The translations under genes and the position numbers were made by a program. From an uncultured Gemmatimonadales bacterium (GTDB lineage Bacteria > Gemmatimonadota > Gemmatimonadetes > Longimicrobiales > RSA9): a stretch of 64,000 nucleotides of DNA. The notes under the pieces are model-generated. The model had not been told where the DNA came from and ran no database searches. It saw only the letters and a program-made list of their open reading frames with translations. The DNA lies in assembly GCA_963798085.1 (NCBI GenBank), contig CAWCRS010000001.1, forward strand, positions 160,001 through 224,000. Reading direction: 5' to 3'. Numbering within the stretch: position 1 is the first letter of the stretch; each line of letters begins with the position of its first letter. Positions 61,887 through 64,000 of the stretch are shown piece after piece.

Positions 61887-63365
61887 ATGGAAAGTGCTGT
61901 GGTGACGCGAGGCCGTAACGGCGTGACGGCGGAACGGCTGCCCTTCAAGGTGGCCGACCTGGATCTGGCCGAGTGGGGGCGCAAGGAGATCCGGCTGGCG
62001 GAGCAGGAGATGCCGGGGCTCATGGCGGTGCGTGCCGAGTTCGCGGGTGCGCAGCCGCTGGCCGGCGTGCGCGTGATGGGCTCGCTGCACATGACCGTGC
62101 AGACGGCCGTGCTGATCGAGACGCTGCAGGCGCTGGGCGCGGATGTGCGCTGGGTCTCCTGCAACATCTTCTCGACGCAGGATCACGCGGCGGCCGCGGT
62201 CGTGGTGGGCAACGGCACACCCGCCAACCCGACCGGCGTTCCTGTCTTTGCGTGGAAGGGCGAATCGCTCGACGAGTACTGGTGGTGCACCGAGCAGGCG
62301 CTGCGCTGGCCTGATGGCGGCGGCCCCAATCTCATCGTGGATGACGGCGGCGATGCCACACTGCTCGTGCACAAGGGCGTCGAGTACGAGGCGGCGGGCG
62401 CCATTCCCGCGTTCGATGAGGCGAACGATCCCGAGGAGTGGGGCGTGATCCTCGAATTGCTGCGCAAGGTCGCGCGCGAGGATGCCGGCCGCTGGACGCG
62501 CATTGCGAAGGAGCTGCGCGGCGTGTCCGAGGAAACCACGACGGGTGTGCACCGCCTCTACGACATGGAGCGCCGGGGCACGCTGCTCTTCCCCGCCATC
62601 AACGTGAACGACTCCGTGACCAAGTCGAAGTTCGACAACATCTACGGCTGCCGTCACTCCGTGATCGACGGTCTCAACCGCGCCACCGACGTGATGCTCG
62701 CGGGCAAGGTCGCTGTAGTCTTCGGTTACGGCGAGGTCGGCAAGGGCTGCGCGCAGGCACTGCGCGGCCAGGGCGCGCGCGTGATCGTCACCGAGATCGA
62801 TCCCATCTGTGCGCTGCAGGCGGCCATGGAGGGCTTCGAGGTCAAGACCATCGACGACGTGATCGACTACGCCGACGTATTCGTCACCGCGACCGGCAAC
62901 CGCAATGTCATCACGTTCGATCACATGGCGAGGATGAAGGACAAGGCGATCGTCGGCAACATTGGCCATTTCGACAACGAGATCGACATGGCCGGCCTGA
63001 AGCGTCGCGGCGTCCAGCGCATCAACATCAAGCCGCAGTACGACGAGTTCCGCTTCCCCGACGGCCACAGCGTACTGATCCTGGCGGAGGGCCGCCTGCT
63101 CAATCTGGGCTGCGCTACGGGACATCCCAGCTTCGTAATGTCCGCCAGCTTCACGAACCAGGTGCTGGCGCAGCTCGAGCTGCACCAGAATGCCGGCCAG
63201 TACGAGAGGCGGGTGTACACACTGCCCAAGCGTCTGGACGAGAAGGTCGCCCGCCTGCATCTCGACAAGCTGGGCGTGAAGCTGACGAAGATGTCGAAGG
63301 AACAGGCTGACTATATCGGCGTCCCGGTGGAGGGTCCGTACAAACCCGATCACTACCGTTATTGA
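61887..63365 (+). CDS. ahcY: Adenosylhomocysteinase
   Basis: [73 protein letters not shown]. Confidence 0.98.
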   Translation: MESAVVTRGRNGVTAERLPFKVADLDLAEWGRKEIRLAEQEMPGLMAVRAEFAGAQPLAGVRVMGSLHMTVQTAVLIETLQALGADVRWVSCNIFSTQDHAAAAVVVGNGTPANPTGVPVFAWKGESLDEYWWCTEQALRWPDGGGPNLIVDDGGDATLLVHKGVEYEAAGAIPAFDEANDPEEWGVILELLRKVAREDAGRWTRIAKELRGVSEETTTGVHRLYDMERRGTLLFPAINVNDSVTKSKFDNIYGCRHSVIDGLNRATDVMLAGKVAVVFGYGEVGKGCAQALRGQGARVIVTEIDPICALQAAMEGFEVKTIDDVIDYADVFVTATGNRNVITFDHMARMKDKAIVGNIGHFDNEIDMAGLKRRGVQRINIKPQYDEFRFPDGHSVLILAEGRLLNLGCATGHPSFVMSASFTNQVLAQLELHQNAGQYERRVYTLPKRLDEKVARLHLDKLGVKLTKMSKEQADYIGVPVEGPYKPDHYRY

Positions 63366-63435
63366 TGGTTGGGCTGACGGGTGGAGGGGTTCGAGGAACG
63401 GATCGAGAACTGACTTAACAGATCAATATCACGCG

Positions 63436-63482
63436 GAGGCGCGGAGCCGCGGAGGTGCGCACCCTCCGCGGCTCCGCGCCTC
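63436..63482. repeat. Perfect 20-bp stem hairpin (REP-like, possible terminator) after ahcY
   Basis: gaggcgcggagccgcggagg, loop tgcgcac, cctccgcggctccgcgcctc. Confidence 0.8.
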
Positions 63483-63792
63483 TGTATGATGATGATGAAC
63501 CGCTCGTTGGCTGGCCCGCGATTCGGCGCGGCACCGTCCCTGATACGGGTCCGGAGCGAGTCCCGAAGGACAACGGGCATGTTGCAATGCGAGCCGGCAG
63601 AACGCGACGGTTCTCGCTCCATGGTTGCGTGTGGGATCGCGTTTCCCTGCAGCGTCCCAGCCAAGGATCGGTACCGGCAGAGAAATTGCTCCAGCGGGAC
63701 AGCACGCGAAAATGGGTATACCGGCAGAGTCGCCGCGACCGCAATCACGCTTCCGTGATCGCGACTGTCATCCGTGTGCGCAGAGGTGGTGG

Positions 63793-64000
63793 ATGAGACG
63801 CGAGGCAATACGGATCCTGATCCTGCCGCTCGTCCTGGCGGTGGTCGCGAGCGCGTCATGCGACAGCGGTCGCAGCGTGACATTGCCGCTCGAGCCCGGA
63901 ACCAGCATCGCCTTCAGCCGCTCGCCCGTCGGCTGGTCCGGCATGACCAAAGCCGACCTCAAGGCGCTGGAAAAGAGCGAGAAGGAGCGGGTCAAGGCTG
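63793..64000 (+). CDS. Probable lipoprotein, runs off the window end (partial)
   Basis: GAGGTGG RBS; MRREAIRILILPLVLAVVASASC lipoprotein-type signal; frame open to window end. Confidence 0.55.
   Translation, partial: MRREAIRILILPLVLAVVASASCDSGRSVTLPLEPGTSIAFSRSPVGWSGMTKADLKALEKSEKERVKA

Noticed and set aside
61839..63353. 504-aa minus-strand ORF
   Set aside because: Antisense shadow of ahcY
63490..63790. Possible ncRNA or riboswitch in the intergenic region after ahcY
   Set aside because: No recognisable family consensus by eye; would need an Rfam scan

Overview
GC-rich bacterial chromosomal window; the gene repertoire (ADOP permeases with PadR, DUF885, DinB, S9/S10/S41 peptidases, TonB receptors with a carboxypeptidase-like N-domain) suggests Gemmatimonadota or Acidobacteriota, which is inference only. 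No rRNA, tRNA or CRISPR array was recognised. Main modules: (i) an 11-gene type II secretion operon gspG-F-H-I-J-K-L-M-C-D-E (7.1-17.6 kb, minus); (ii) a Cys/His-rich DUF2946/CruR-like leader ORF, TonB-dependent receptor, BNR lipoprotein and TlpA thioredoxin, probably metal (copper) related (19.6-24.4 kb); (iii) a stand-alone SIR2-like gene coupled to a membrane protein (32.0-33.9 kb); (iv) a membrane PAS-PAS-PAS class III cyclase with a guanylate-cyclase-type signature; (v) the strongest candidate for an undescribed system, a five-gene operon DUF4062/TIR-like-iSTAND, MoxR AAA+, vWA protein ending in about five tandem 4-TM repeats, Ig-like/TM protein, SDR (40.6-48.9 kb, minus); (vi) a lower-GC decayed segment with an IS630 remnant; (vii) an ArsR-methyltransferase (SahR-like) regulator and ahcY with a candidate operator. 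Many genes carry single-base frameshifts, probably sequencing or assembly indels, and several have large internal deletions. All family calls come from motifs read by eye, not from database searches.
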